Source of the DNA: Laetmonice hystrix
Lineage: Eukaryota
Length of the DNA stretch: 64,000 nucleotides
Direction: 5' to 3'
NCBI GenBank assembly: GCA_965235115.1
Contig: OZ249441.1
Coordinates: forward strand, 31,310,001 to 31,374,000
Shown here: piece by piece, positions 39,675-53,549 of the stretch
How positions within the stretch are numbered: position 1 is the first letter of the stretch
Layout of the letters: each line of letters begins with the position of its first letter
Notes under the pieces: generated by a model
Database searches by the model: none
What the model saw: only the letters and a program-made list of their open reading frames with translations
Told to the model about the DNA's origin: nothing
Made by a program: the position numbers and the translations under genes

Positions 39675-40028
39675 CAGGGTTAAGAGATCCTCAGGTCAAC
39701 CCCTGGTTGTTCGTAAAAGACGACAAATGGGCCGAGGGCTGGTGTGGGGAAGTGATCGAGTGCCCAACTGGGTCATCAAAGGCTTTGGTATGTACAGCCG
39801 TGTCTATGTGACTGGGCATATAAAAGAACCCTTGCCATTTTCGAAAAGAGTAGGGGATTGCCTCCTGGCGGCAGGTTTCTTTCTCACTTCATCCTCCTCA
39901 TCACCCACCCCCTGGGACTCGGGGGGTAAAGTAGGTCCCTTGACTGTATTAAATGGTTCCTATGGCCCTGAATATGGCTGAAATACTGTCGACATGGTGT
40001 AAAACCTCCAATTCACTTATTCACTCAC
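39675..40028 (+). mobile_element. SINE-like retroposon copy; 5' boundary uncertain
   Basis: GCATATAAAAGAACCCTTG...CGAAAAGAGTAG and the 3' block ATATGGCTGAAATACTGTCGACATGGTGTAAAAC with a TCAC-type tail resemble, from memory, invertebrate SINE families; not database-verified. Confidence 0.55.
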
Positions 40029-43000
40029 CCAGGTCATCTCATCAACAGACCTTGAACGTTTCATGTGTCAGTCAGTCAATAAGAAAAATGACCTTCAACC
40101 TACCTCGAACCACTTGATCGTTCTTTCATATCCATAAGTATGTAGTCTCTTTGGTTCCACAATAATATAATATCACTTCCATCAATAGCATGTCTAAAAT
40201 TGATCTGTATTATATAGAGAGGTACGAGAAATTATAACATGTCTGATTCGCCGAATAACGGCTCATTATAACCTCTATGACGTCGTCGGACATTATGCCG
40301 GATACTTGAAAGGTATCATCTGTATTTGGAGGATACTACACGACTGGAAGACGTTCTAAGAAATAACATGGAAAATGAAACGCTTTTATATCCAAAAGAA
40401 ATAGTCTACTAAATGCCAAAACCATCAAGATCACCAAGGATTTGGTGCTTATAAACATCGCAGAATAAATACCGCAACAACGTTTACGTTATTGATCAGT
40501 TGTAAAAAGGAAGATCATTCGTCCACCTAATTTGCGACATTATTTCCTGCCATTTGTATTGGCAGCAACAACAAAGTGTCACATCTGAAACGGTTCCGCG
40601 CTTTGCATCCCAAACTCATTTGCATTTATAAGCGACTGACTTGAATGTGGTCTGATTCACCAAGCTCTTATCATGCAGCAACCTGATCAAGTACTGGCGG
40701 CTGCCACGAGACAGAATGCATCCACCCATGATCCAAACCAACAGACAGGCTGGAATAATAAAGACCGCTGCTCCATGGCTCGCATTCTGATGGCTGCGAG
40801 CCACTGCAGACGTTTCAAATATTTGGCCATCCTCACAGCATCATGTAACACTGCCAGATCCGTCATCAAGTCCAGGGTCATCTTAACGTCATCACATGAT
40901 TGGCATCCAACACAAAGACGTCTTCAAATTAGCTGGTCGGCCAGTTCTCGGAACATGCTTAACGGGCAGCAAAATATCTATGATTCTGCCTCATTTAGCT
41001 CAACATGGCCAAAGAACCTGCGAGAAAATAAAGCATAATATTGCATCATCCTACTCTCCCGTCTTCATTTGACCGTTTCGGTTGCTGTTAACAGTTTCTC
41101 GGCATGCTGTTCACCACTATTGTAACATGGAATTTGGCCACTACCTTTCGGGAAAATAAGCCACATGTGAGCAAGCTAATAATGAAGTTTCCTCTCCGTG
41201 CACGCGAATCTTGGCCATTCAACATTATATCAATCAAACACGCACTCTGAATCCACCGATCACCACCGTCAAATCTTTGGCTCAGACATAAAATGCTCAG
41301 TCATTCCGTCGTGTGTACCCATATGTTAAAGGCATGAGCTTTCCCTAGTTCGACCCCTCCCCACTCCCCATTTTGATTTAAAATGAAGGGAACTCTATTT
41401 ACTGCCTTAAAATGAAAACACGGAAGATGCTTTTTTTCTAGATACTGCAGATATAATGTTTGTTTTAAGTATTAGGACAAGGAAGTGTATGGCACACTTG
41501 ACTAACTAGATTCAAGAGATGCCATTCTTGGGGATTCATCATAGCCCTAGAAATAAAGAAAAGGGTGACATTTAAAAGATGAGATCTGCCTGAGCAACCA
41601 TTAAATAATGCATTTTGTGCCGGTGCCATGTGTCAGGCGGGTCCGCTTGGGGCGCCCGGGCGTCCGCCCAAGGTGAAGGACGACGAGGACACACTCCTCA
41701 TCACCAGCCTCCTCATGACACTCCTTCCGGACTGTTCTGATGGAGTTACTCGCATCTCTTCATAAAGCCTTCCATTAACCTGTAATTACTGCGCCACCTT
41801 CTGCCCTGATTTTAACTTTTGGTGCGGGAACGCCATTGGGCAACAGCACTTTTTGAGGAGCACTTATAAGATAAACCATTTCAATGACAATTTATCGAAA
41901 CCAATGAGAACTTTCCTCTCTTAGTGATGTCGACATTACCGGTTTGCATGCCCAGGTTTGAAAACACGATATCCACGGGTAATAAGTACATTTGGAAATG
42001 TATCAAATTGCGCAAGACCAAATTATGGATTGGAGGCAAATAACTGTACGAAAGTACACGTAGGTCATGGCACTGGGGGGTTAACACGTGTTACGTCCAA
42101 TAACCAACGACACCCTCATTACTCGACCCGTGACTATATAAAATACGAGCTACCAATAAGCAGCATGTATGCAGTGCATGGCTTCACATTAATTTGGGAA
42201 GGGACAGTCGACCATTATGAAAAGGTGAGTGCACAATGGCAGGTGTCCTGGCAGGCGTCTGCCATCAAACTCTCGCCTTCCACTGGCAGTCCCATGGTCT
42301 GATGTGTCCCAGGAGAAGCCATTACACCCATCCCTACTCAAGTGGCCGGTCTGGCTACCAGGATAATCCCTCCCTTTCCGTATTCACAACACCTCACTAC
42401 TCTCAACAGGATATCAAAATAACACAGCATGCTTCCTGCCTCCTCACCACGGCGCCCACAACTCTGGTTTCAGCTTATTTCATGGCAAATGGTAGCAAAT
42501 TTTATCTACTAATTCTCGGTAAATTACTGAGGGATCTTACGCACTTGTTGCAATAGCTTTCCTCCTAAACCCCCATAAATTATTGAGCATTTTGACTATC
42601 TTGCCTTGAGTGAGAACAGTGTTCCTGCACTGCAAGGTTACCTTATATAATTAACAATTTGACGGCAGCAGAGGGATCCACGACGGCGTTGTCCACAAAG
42701 TCTCCCTTTAGTGAAATCGATGTACGGCACAAAAATTGAGGCCAACATGATGAATGTCGGTGAATATTTAATGGTATATCTCGTTTTCGTCGTCCTGAAA
42801 GGAATGCAGCAAGCCACAGTCGGGCCGTAACAAGCCCCAAGACAGCACTGCCCCAGCCATGACCTCAATGCTTTACTCACGCACCAAATGCAATAAGACA
42901 AGGACATTAATGAATATATAGCGATTGGTCTGATTCTTGTGGGATCAAACCCTGGTCTTCTCGGCCTGAAAGAGGCTGGGGTTTTATTGACCTTCAATTT

Positions 43001-43699
43001 ATGGGAATGCTGAACGGGGGCAATACGACCAGACGCAACAAGGTCAAGGCAAGTTAGGCAACATCCGAACTCTCCTTTCTTGTCAACCTTCCTCTGTGCT
43101 CACACCGCCTACTGGACGAACAAGTAGGACACAAGAATAATGGAAGGCCTTCCGTTTTTACAATAATGTATTGTTGGTCTTGCTATTTCAGTATCTGTAG
43201 CTGATTTATATCGAGTGAACATTTATATCCAACATTTAATACATTGTTCCTAGGCAAAATTCATTGGTTAATGATACGAGGAATATATCATATGCTGAGA
43301 ATATAAGATATCCGCAAGGCAATAACACCCCAAATGTTGTGACAAATTAGTGGCAATACTGCTTAGGTATACATGTACTACGTCACGATATTCAGTGCAA
43401 TTAAACCTCATTTTCTAAGATACAAATCAGTTACTGTTTTTGTACTGGAGTTTTGCATTAGCTAGTCCAATTAATGCGTTTTCGTTGATGATTATAACGA
43501 GTTTAAATTTCTTGCGAGATTGGTTGCTGTGCGTCTTTGATCAATGATCACAATGAAGGCTAATGTAGCATTCTATCTTACTTGAATCCTAACTGTTCAT
43601 GAATGACAGGCCTTTTTGCTTGAACTCTTCACAATGTAATCTTGTGTTTGCCTGCTCTAGATCTCCTCACTGTTATCATTCAAAATACTTCTCAAATTG

Positions 43700-44350
43700 C
43701 ATAATGATTTCTGTCTCCATCACTTCTCTTGAAGGCAGGAGACAATTTTCCAACACAATTTTCATCAAATGGCTCCAGGATTGTTGGGTCTTTGATCTCC
43801 GTCCGAATAAACACGAGGTCGTGATCATCACGGCTCTCGTTATCTCACCCTCAGGGATAGCGGCTGGGGCACGTTCTGAGCGTCCCGAGTTAACTCAGCT
43901 AGAACAGATAAGATACGGGCACTGGTCCACGTAATGGCCAGACGTGGTATCTCTTTGCCTCTGAATCAGTCAGGAGCGGCAGACCAATCGCAGCTCCTTG
44001 ACGGTGAACTGACCAGTGCCAAGCCTATCGGAGCCTTCCCACCCCTACGCTTGGAGATGGACAAAGAGGAACATCTAAGGAGACTGGTACTTGGGCTGTG
44101 CCTGGCTAGTCGCTCACAATGCTGGCACTGGTCAATCGATCACGGTGCTTGGCACCTGATGAAGGCCGTTATTAATGGGTACAGACAATATTCTCCCGTC
44201 CGGTTGACGTCCAGCAGGAGACAGTTTGACTTCTGCTGCCAACTACCACAATCAGCCGGCCTCTGGTGGCCCGACACGGACGCCAGCTATTCTCAGAACA
44301 ACCCCACGTTTCCTTGTGGTAAAACAACAGACTTGGTCCAGGCAATAATC
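43700..44350 (-). mobile_element. Decayed Tx1/L1 APE endonuclease region
   Basis: KRGVVL, DGRILSV (44180-44200), DDHDLV (SDH-like) and a downstream W-containing block, in the expected order across frameshifts. Confidence 0.45.
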
Positions 44351-47300
44351 AACCCGTCCCACCGATATGTCTAATACAGATGGTTCCATCCTTTCTGTAC
44401 CCCATACACGTCACCCATATCATCGTTATGTACTCAGGCATGTACCCATAGCAATGACCTGATCCATATCGGTTTCTGTGCACTCAGAAGTCTTTAGCGA
44501 GACACTATAATAAGACTACAATGAAGTCTTCGCTGGATTGTTTCATATTTCCAGAAGCATGAGTAATTATTTTTCCACACAAGGGACCTGTATATGACAT
44601 TATGACTGATCACACAGAAAGATGATGGGAATTCGGCTTGTTAAAGGATATTTAATCCTTTATACGAACATCTTTATTGCAAAAAGAAAATAAAATGGGT
44701 TCATTACCTTTTGATTCAGCCTTTAATTTTTCCATATTACTTCAAACAATATACCCGAAGATTCACTAATGAATGCCTGCCAGGGAAGAAGAAAAAACGG
44801 ATTTTCTTCCTTAGGGTAAAGGTATTAGTATGAACCTCATGTTTCTAACGTGCAGAGGTGCCTAGTTAATTAGCACAATGAAGGATGACTTTTGTAATTA
44901 GGTCCTACAATCAATATATGATAATTATTTCAGTTCATATGAAATCCAAAATACACAGCAGTCACTCTGATAAAGATTTCATTCCTGGATGTATTTCAGG
45001 CTGTCCTTTACGGTATATTTAATTATCTCATGCTCTCCAATGCTTATTAAAAATATTGCTGATAGTCTAATTCTAGCATAAAATATGTATTCATTCAAAT
45101 GTATTCCGTTTACCCTAACTCTTATTTTCGTTACTGTTCTATATACAGTCCTGATATGACTATCCATCATCATCTGTAGCCGATATTTTAAAAGTAAGAA
45201 ATAAAAATTAAAATCAATACATAAGTAAAAGAAAAATAGAATTAAGACCAGTTTTATGGCTTTCCCTCGAATTCGGGCTTGCGTCCCTCCATAATCCCTT
45301 CTCACATGTACCGCCCGGGCAGACACTGGAACAGCGCCCTCAAACAAGTACATGTACATACATCTAGCGATGTGAGCCAATTTAACCAACTACACACTGG
45401 GGTTGCTATGGTAGGATCTGAATACTCACTGCCAACCTTGGGGAAGACACTGTCAGTGTAGCGCTCCATTGCAGCGCTCCTAATCAGCAGGAGAGCCTGC
45501 AGTGTAAAAGGTCATCTCTGAAGCCATTAACGGACCGTCGGACAGATTGGGAATCAAGTACTGCCGGGCCTTCCGTGAAGGATACTTCCACCATCCACCG
45601 CTGTGTTTAAATCTTATGATCGAGATTGATCCCTCTTGTCTGAACCATGCCCGCAAATTAAGGATGATCCTTCCTGACCTCACCCTAACATTAATCTTAT
45701 TTGGATCAACCCTCACTGGGCACTCACACTATCTCAACTGACACTAATATGCTGTACTTGAGAGAGATTCAGTTTACATTCTAACTATAGATAATTTGCA
45801 AGCGGAGGTTAAATTCGCTCATGCCATACTACAGGCAGTTATTTTCAATAAATATGATTAATTTTGTCGTTCTAATAATTTAATAATAATACTAATACTA
45901 ATAATACTACTATTAGTAATAATAGATGTAAAAGTTTGATACATCGTTTTCAGAGTCAAATGCTCAGTGTATTATTTTCGGAGCAGAATAAAATACAACA
46001 AAAAATGTAATGCAATTCCAAAATGCAGTTCTATGGCCATTTTTACATTATGTTTGATATATTCCACTTATTTTACTTTATAAACGGTCTCTAAAGCAAC
46101 AATGAGAGAAGTTAAACTATGGCTCCCTGTGGTTTGGAACCGTCTCTCTTTAAGGCACAAGGGACCTGTGGCCTGGCCTAGCTGGCCTTTGTCACAGTTT
46201 GTGGTCACTTGGGCAAGCCAATACTATTATTCAACTATTCACGCCTTATAAAGACCTCCAATCCCGCACAGTACGAGCCAATCCAATGTGGCAAAGAAAT
46301 ATTGTTGTTGTCATCTATTTTGTAAGCCTTCCTGTATTATGAGAGATTTTTCATAGGCATCACGCAGAGAAATGGGATGGGCCATGGGAAAAAGGATTCT
46401 CCGGGCTGTAGCATCTAATGTTAATCGTTCCGTGCACATGTTAGTATAATTCTTCTCTTTCTTCTATTTCTTCTATTAGCAACATGTATGAACCTATAAT
46501 AATTCACATTTAGATGTTTGCCCCCCCCCCCCCCCCCCCAATATATAAGACATCTGACAGCCTCCCTTCAGCCGCGCCGGAACCAAAGAACCAATCATAT
46601 CGCCCGTTCTGCCCGGTATATCAAAATGGTGTATCCTACCAGGATTGTTGGCGATTTCACTAGTTTTTGTTTTATTTTTTATTTTTACACATAAAAGGAA
46701 CATGTCCCAGGGGTAGCTCTAAAAATCTCCAGTGACTCAACGTAACATAATAAATGGTTATTGTGCTTATTTGCCAACAATACAATTTCTACATTAATTC
46801 ATTCCATGTATGTGTTAGCCTAGACGTGACTCCTTTACAGGTGCAGGGACGTCAATGATCAGGTCAGCATCACATCATTTGCCCTCCCTGTGACCCGCAT
46901 CATAAGTATTACTTGAGTATTCCCGGCGTGGTCTGATGAGATCTGGAAGTCACATTTAGTGAGATCTTTAAGTCGGCGTCCACTGATCCATTCCGAATGT
47001 CAGGCGGCCCACCTTGAGATCCCTGTGTGAGGAGGAAGCGTGGCGAGACGAGTGTCCTTTGCCATGACACACTTACACTAATCACTCCTGACACGTCAGA
47101 AGTCCCACGTCCACCTCCCCTGCCCTCCAAGGACAATCGTCCGGGGCGGACGATTCAGAGCCCGCCATCGGTTAGGAAGGACAGTTGGTTCAGCATACTC
47201 AATACGCACACGCAGCCCAGGTTCATAGTTCTACACAGCTCAAGTCTATGGATGGTCGGGAGGGTTTCCACCATACTTCAACCTACTTCAGTGGGCTCGT

Positions 47301-47551
47301 GTTGCACAGTCTTAGCAACGTGATGGAAATAATTGGTTCAGTCGCCTTTATTCGTTATAGAAATTTCACATGGAAGAGTCCTGGAGATCTGATATATTTT
47401 CCCGGATGTATTAAAGTCCAACTGACATCAAAATTTACATAAAATTTAGTGCCAGATCCTGATAATACATGTAATTTGTTGTTGTTTAACTTAAAGGAGC
47501 GGTTATTGTACAAGAATATGAACTGTGTGTAAGCCGTTTTAAAGACCAATT

Positions 47552-47573
47552 CCCCTGCTGACGTCATCAGGGG
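47552..47573. promoter_or_regulatory. CRE/ATF site TGACGTCA inside an extended palindrome
   Basis: CCCCTG-C-TGACGTCA-T-CAGGGG. Confidence 0.4.
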
Positions 47574-47749
47574 CAATGGTAAAGAATAGGCAGGAGTCAG
47601 ACTGTGATGAGGCGCGAGATTCGAATTTTCAATATTTTTCTAAATTGAGAGGACTTCTCAGAAAACCTATCAGGGATACGGGTACAACTCAAAGTGATCT
47701 ATCTAGATCAGTAAAGTTACCTATGTGATGTCAGTTGCACTTTAAGGTA

Positions 47750-48000
47750 ACAGGTAGTCAGCTATAGCAACCGACGACTTTAAGAGATGGTTAACATGCC
47801 TATAGTTTTCCAATTGTTCACGCAAGTCTGTTGTTTTAGAAGTCGGTGGCCAAGTCTGGGTCCCTTCGGGCTGCTGTAAATCCTTGTAGAAGCCTTGCCA
47901 CCTCAGAAGGCCGGCGGATGGCAATCTTTCTCTATTATGGCCCCATCCATCAGCCATTGAGGGCACTACCGTCACCCTGTCACAGAGGAAGGCTCTCCGT
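47750..48000 (-). mobile_element. Possible RTE-like ORF remnant
   Basis: LLRWQGFYKDLQQP (47869-47909) resembles the LxRWxEYFxxLLN motif. Confidence 0.3.
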
Positions 48001-51000
48001 GCCTACAGTAGTCTGTACTGGGGGAATACCTCAAGGCTGGCCCAATTCCAACGTCCTCATGTTAAAGGCAATATGGGCTCCTTGTTTATTCCTTCCTCAA
48101 TCTCTTTTACCTCGCAACGCGAGATAACCTTCGAAAACCCTCCGAAAACACTTGAAAAATTGAGCTATCTAAAGGGGTTGCTAACTGTTTGTCATGGTCA
48201 CTGACGGGTGAAACAGTAAACTGACATGATTATATCATTTACTCCTGGCATAAACTTATCATATGCATAAGGATTGATTCATCAGATTGAAAAGCCTCTT
48301 CACATAAATCATTTATAAATGACGATGAAGAAAGTGTTTTTTGCACGGATTCAGTCTAAGATCACTGAAGGATGGTGAGATCATAGAAATTTGATTAGGG
48401 TGGGAGGAGCAATTGTCAGCTTGCTCTGTTGCTGGCAATGATGGAGAGCTGTCTAGTACAGAAGTAATTTGTCACCAACAGTCAGAATGGCCGGCTGAAA
48501 GAGTCTGCTGTCAAACATGGACAGGCCTTCACGTTGAGAGAACAATCAATGGTATGTATGGAACACATTGGACTCTGCAAGCAGCCCTTCGCGCGTCAAC
48601 TTAAAACGTGAGCTATATCAAACACCCCTACCCTATTATCTGGTCTGGCAGACATTTATTGGAATAAAAACTACTCGTTACCTCGTCAGAACATTCTAAA
48701 TAACTTCAGGCGCCTTCAGGTCGCATGACACAATAACTACAACTAAACTCAATTTGAAATGACATTCAATAACGACAACTGTCTCAGATATCCTCATTCA
48801 TGCATCAAAATTCAACTTCCATTCGTGTTTTTTTGGATATTGGAATATGGACTCGCCATCCATTTTCATAGTTTGAACATTTTTGCAGTTTCTTTTTTCC
48901 GGCAGTCTTGATGGCATGTATCTATATTATGTCTCCACTAAGAGGAGATGCATAATTTCTTACGGCACTCTTTCTGTAGGCGTGTCAATACAGAATAAGT
49001 GGCGTCTTTATTATAGGATGTTTATCTGTCTCTTAGTTATCATATGGAATGAAAATGGAATATCAGAGAGCATATTACACTATTGATTTTATACTCAGGA
49101 GGTTTCAGTTTATCGGAACCTGTTTCATTCTTCTATCAATTCTTGTATCCTAGTCCTTGTAGGAGCCATGCGGCGCTTTGCCTTCAGACAAGATATCATT
49201 GCAAGATTGAGTGTCCAAGGCTATACTGCGCTCAGGTCTGGCTTCCACGGTTTATATTATGGCACACCACCAGCTCCCCACATTCCCAGGACCTCATTGA
49301 AGGTATAGACTCCTAACAACGCATTTCTTTCAAAGGAACGTTGCTGGAGCTGTATTGAGCAAACGGCGTTTTGGTGCTCGTTTTGATTGCCATTTGCTTG
49401 GGATCCAAACCTGCAAACGACACTTAACCTCATACTCAGCAAACCTATCACTCTACATGAACAACATCCATCAAGGTAAGTTCCTTATAACCGCACTCGA
49501 CCTTGTCAGGCGACAGGGCAGACCAGTTCACCGCTACGATTCTTTCTGAGAGTATGCAGTAAAACGTCAGCCAGGGCCTTTCATAACTGGTGTACCAATC
49601 CAGGACCTCTATCACTCATATCGCCAAAAACAGTTCGTATTAAAAACCATGCGATTTCGAGATGTTGATATCAACCAACGTCACTTCCTGCATACTACTA
49701 CCCGACACGTAGTCTGACAGGAAACCCCCGACAATATGTCGTCAAGTGGCCGAGCTACCGACTCCTAGGATCATATATGCCACAAGCTAAACTACCTCGG
49801 AACACCGATGGACGTGTTAACATTATATAGATGACATTCTATTTTTGACCGTGATCTGCCTCCAACAAGGAGCTCTACATTCTAGTTTGCAGTCCAGCCA
49901 TAAATTTGCAATAGGACCCTATGAAGGAACTAAATCTTCACTCCGTCAATGTACATGCCTTATAATAGGTATTCATAAATTATGCTCCCACTCTCAGGGT
50001 GGCAGGTTACTGGTCTTTGGGTTAAATTATTCAAAGTAGCCGAGTCGAACCGACGATGGGACGCAGCCGTTGGTATTCCGGCGGTGACCCCCATCAGGTG
50101 CAGTTAAGTAATGATGTAGTAGTGAAAGCGTTATAGATGTCACACATGTTACCATCTATGACCCTCTGTCTACTACCGCCTGTTGCCCCAATACATAACA
50201 ATTTATACATTAACCACACGTTATGTATACCACAAGGACAAAGGCGTGTAACCGGTTCCTGGCAGGTAACCTATCACCCCAACCCCTAAATTGTCGTGGT
50301 TCTCCGAAAGTAACCTTTCTCACGATGTAATAGGCAGTCCTGGGGGCCACCATGTAGACAGTCACCTGACCGACGTGACGCCAATTTTGACAAAAATATA
50401 TGACATGAGATCAGCGAAGGTGGGCAGACGCCAGAAACATTGAGAGGAGGTCAAAATGTCTGCTTCCATCTAGCACGATAAAAGTGTGCGACATCCCACA
50501 TGACCCTCCACCGTGTATCTCCGAATCCCTTCAGTCCTCTGATGTCAATGTGAGACTGAACCGAAGGCAAAGGCCAAAAGTTTTGGGCCTAAATAATCCA
50601 ATCAAAAGCCTGAAAACACTGACACTAGAGAGAATGTTTCATTGCCCGCAGATGGTTCCTCGCCTGTCTGGTAAAAGGGCCACTAAAGTGTGAATCTACC
50701 TCTTGGTCCAAGAGGGTTCTCCCAGGACTAGCCTAATAACATTACCTCTAACCTGGCTGATGGATTGTCGTGAAGCCTGCAAACTTTGGGGAAATTACTG
50801 GCGCGAATTACTGGGTTATACGCCGAGAGCATTCCGAGGGTGAATGTGAAAGGAGCAGTTGACGGCACAAAGAGCACCACAGGCTATAAACAACAATGTC
50901 TGACCAGTTTTGCACTCTAGTAAATCTACAAACATGTTCATTATTATTATTTATTATGTGTTCGCAATCTTTATTTACCGGATGTGGTTTAGAAAGAATT

Positions 51001-52522
51001 ATGATTGCTTGCTTGCTCTCGTAATTTTCTCGCCAGCATATTGCTTCTAAAAAAACTGCCAGCCACTGTGAAACTACATATTGGATGTGTTAGTCACTAC
51101 AGTAGAATGTTTAAAAAAACAGAATGTAAATTACATTCCTGCCAACAAAGTAAATTATTTTCAGCATGCAATCATCACATCAGAGACATCATGTTCTTTT
51201 CGTTTTGTGTAAAATGCAAAACATTCTTAGGAGGTCTCTCTGACAACATTTGATTTCAAAGCTTCCCTTTCTGGGGTAAAACGGAAACAAGTAGGAGACA
51301 CTGCGAGGATGTGAAGCATGAGGTCTGCCACATGGGGTTTCTTCAACTGAAGCCTCATTAAAAACCGCGCCAAATTAATGAAACCAGGTCGGGACAACAC
51401 AATGCAATTCACAGTTGGCCGTAGCTCTGCCAGAAGTAATGCTGTCTTTCTATTAATTACAGCGATGCTCTCCAGCCAGACTCTCCGGATTATGAGATTC
51501 CTCCATAACTAGGAGCGGAAGGCGCGGGCAGGCAATCCGTGCGCCGTGCTGCTGTCAAAGTGGCCTTCTGGGGACGAGACCGGGCACATGAAGTCATCCT
51601 CCCGGGCTAATGATCTGCCTTCTCCAGGGGAAGATGGGCAGTGACCGACCTCTCCGACTGGAACACCCAGGAGTGGAGACTAACCTGGACATAACGGCTG
51701 ACCTCTCCGCTACAGGAACACGGGTGGCGTGCAATCCATTACAGGACCTAAATCATCATCAATAGCGAGATCTCTGAAGACGATCAAGATTCGAGTAAGG
51801 AGGCCGAAAGATTCGCTTCATTCACCGGGCTCTGCCAGGGCTGTCGTATTTCTGAGACTAACCTTGAACATAACCCCCACTCAGGCCATATAAGAAGTAG
51901 TCAATTTTTCCAGCTCGCAATCTTACAGGCTCGGCCGACCACTCTCAGTGCAACTGAAAATGTGTGTCAGACAGTGTTTGCAATTGTTCTTATATATTCA
52001 TCCGCCTGAGTGATCGTGGCGATGGGAATGCTTAGCAAAGACCTCTCATCAATTCTTGTTACAGCTGCAGTTACAGCCGAGTCGTACATAGAAACATAAT
52101 AAATGATGATAATGTAATCTTATACAGGACACGTTCTTATTACATGAAATATATCCAAGTGTCTCCTTCCGTCAGATCTGAATCTTTTTATCCCTCCATC
52201 TCGGCCCAGTCTTCCTATAACTGTCTCCTCGAATCAATAATCTCTTCAATTCTTCAACACAGTCAACTCTCTAGAAATGTGATAAATCACGGATGTTATT
52301 TGGAAGATGACCTTGCATAACCTTGGTAAATTTTCCATGTCCGTGCGGCGATCGCATGACTGTTGGTAGTTCTCTCATGCCTGGGAACATGAGTGGTGGT
52401 GTTGTTTAACCTGTTCCACCAGCGGCCCTCACTAAATGAGCCCGTCTGGGATCATCCATCTTGCCACTGCCACTGTCCCTAGATGACCATTTGTTGGATA
52501 TTCTCCTTTCCTTCGCCTCCCA

Positions 52523-52549
52523 CTGCTGCTGCTGCTGCTGCTGCTGCTG
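52523..52549. repeat. (CTG)9 trinucleotide repeat
   Basis: Nine perfect CTG units. Confidence 0.98.
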
Positions 52550-52949
52550 AGCACTACCGTCCCAGCCCCTTGATTCAAGGCTGAATCAACCTTCACGCAG
52601 GCGTGACTGCACAGACTGACGACTACCTAAGGCCCTTGTCAATGTCCCATTCTTTGACCTCTATCATATAATGGATAAATTCTACTGGACTTTATGACCT
52701 CTCTGTAAGAGCCCATGAATTGTGCTCCCCCTTGACTCCTGACCTTCTATCTACTAATACTCTCTTGGACGACGTAGAATCCCTTCACTTCGATGCACGT
52801 TTCCTTATCTTTCTCGATTACACCATATCGTTTCTTCCGCCGTTCCATATACTTTAAATACTGGCCGCTTTCAAAAAGCTCGTTGGTTTTCGTTTTAACC
52901 CTTTGTCTTTTCCGTGTCAGCCCGACGTGCACGTCTTGATGTCTCGCGG

Positions 52950-53150
52950 GCACTCAATCACTGCCTTCGATCTATATTCACGGAGATGGTCACTAGACTG
53001 TATTAATCCCATCAGCCCCGAGGTAACGGTGCCAAACATGAATGTTGTCATCACATATATCCCACAGTATAGCCAAGCATCAGAGCAAACACAAACCACA
53101 ACCAATCCCCCTCCCTTTCCGTATGTATACGCCAAAATCCCGTCATTTAT
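52950..53150 (-). mobile_element. Possible APE endonuclease remnant (CR1/L2-like)
   Basis: GKGGGLV (53101-53120) and SSDH (52986-52997) in one open frame. Confidence 0.3.
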
Positions 53151-53549
53151 CAACATTTGAATGCTTGCTCTGCTCATGCAGCTTTTATTGCACCTACTCC
53201 AACATTTGCTGTCCATACAGCGACTGTAAATACTGTATTTATCTGACTCACTGGCTAGGGATACTACTAATGCTACCACATGAAATAATTAATAAGAGAA
53301 CTTCATACATCATATAGAAATGAACGACTCATCATTTTGTAAGGCAGACCTTTCATTGGATTGACGAGTTACTGGAACCACGATATTCCAAAGGATACAT
53401 GTCGCTTATCACACCGAATTTAGTCAGTTTGATCAGGCTTACCATTATCCTAAAAACCAGTCAACATTTTGTCCGTTCTGAAAACAGTAGACTTCAATTA
53501 TTGCCCAGGTTTCTATAAGTTACAGTTACCAATAATACTGTAATTTATT

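Noticed and set aside
42941-42953. tRNA B-box-like GGGTTTGATCCC on the minus strand
   Set aside because: No A-box or cloverleaf; at most a SINE scrap.
43599-44374. Two abutting plus-strand ORFs that look operon-like
   Set aside because: They are antisense shadows of the minus-strand endonuclease remnant.
52440-52580. Minus-strand polyQ-encoding frame
   Set aside because: Short, bounded by stops, with no convincing splice sites; a simple (CAG)9 microsatellite explains it.
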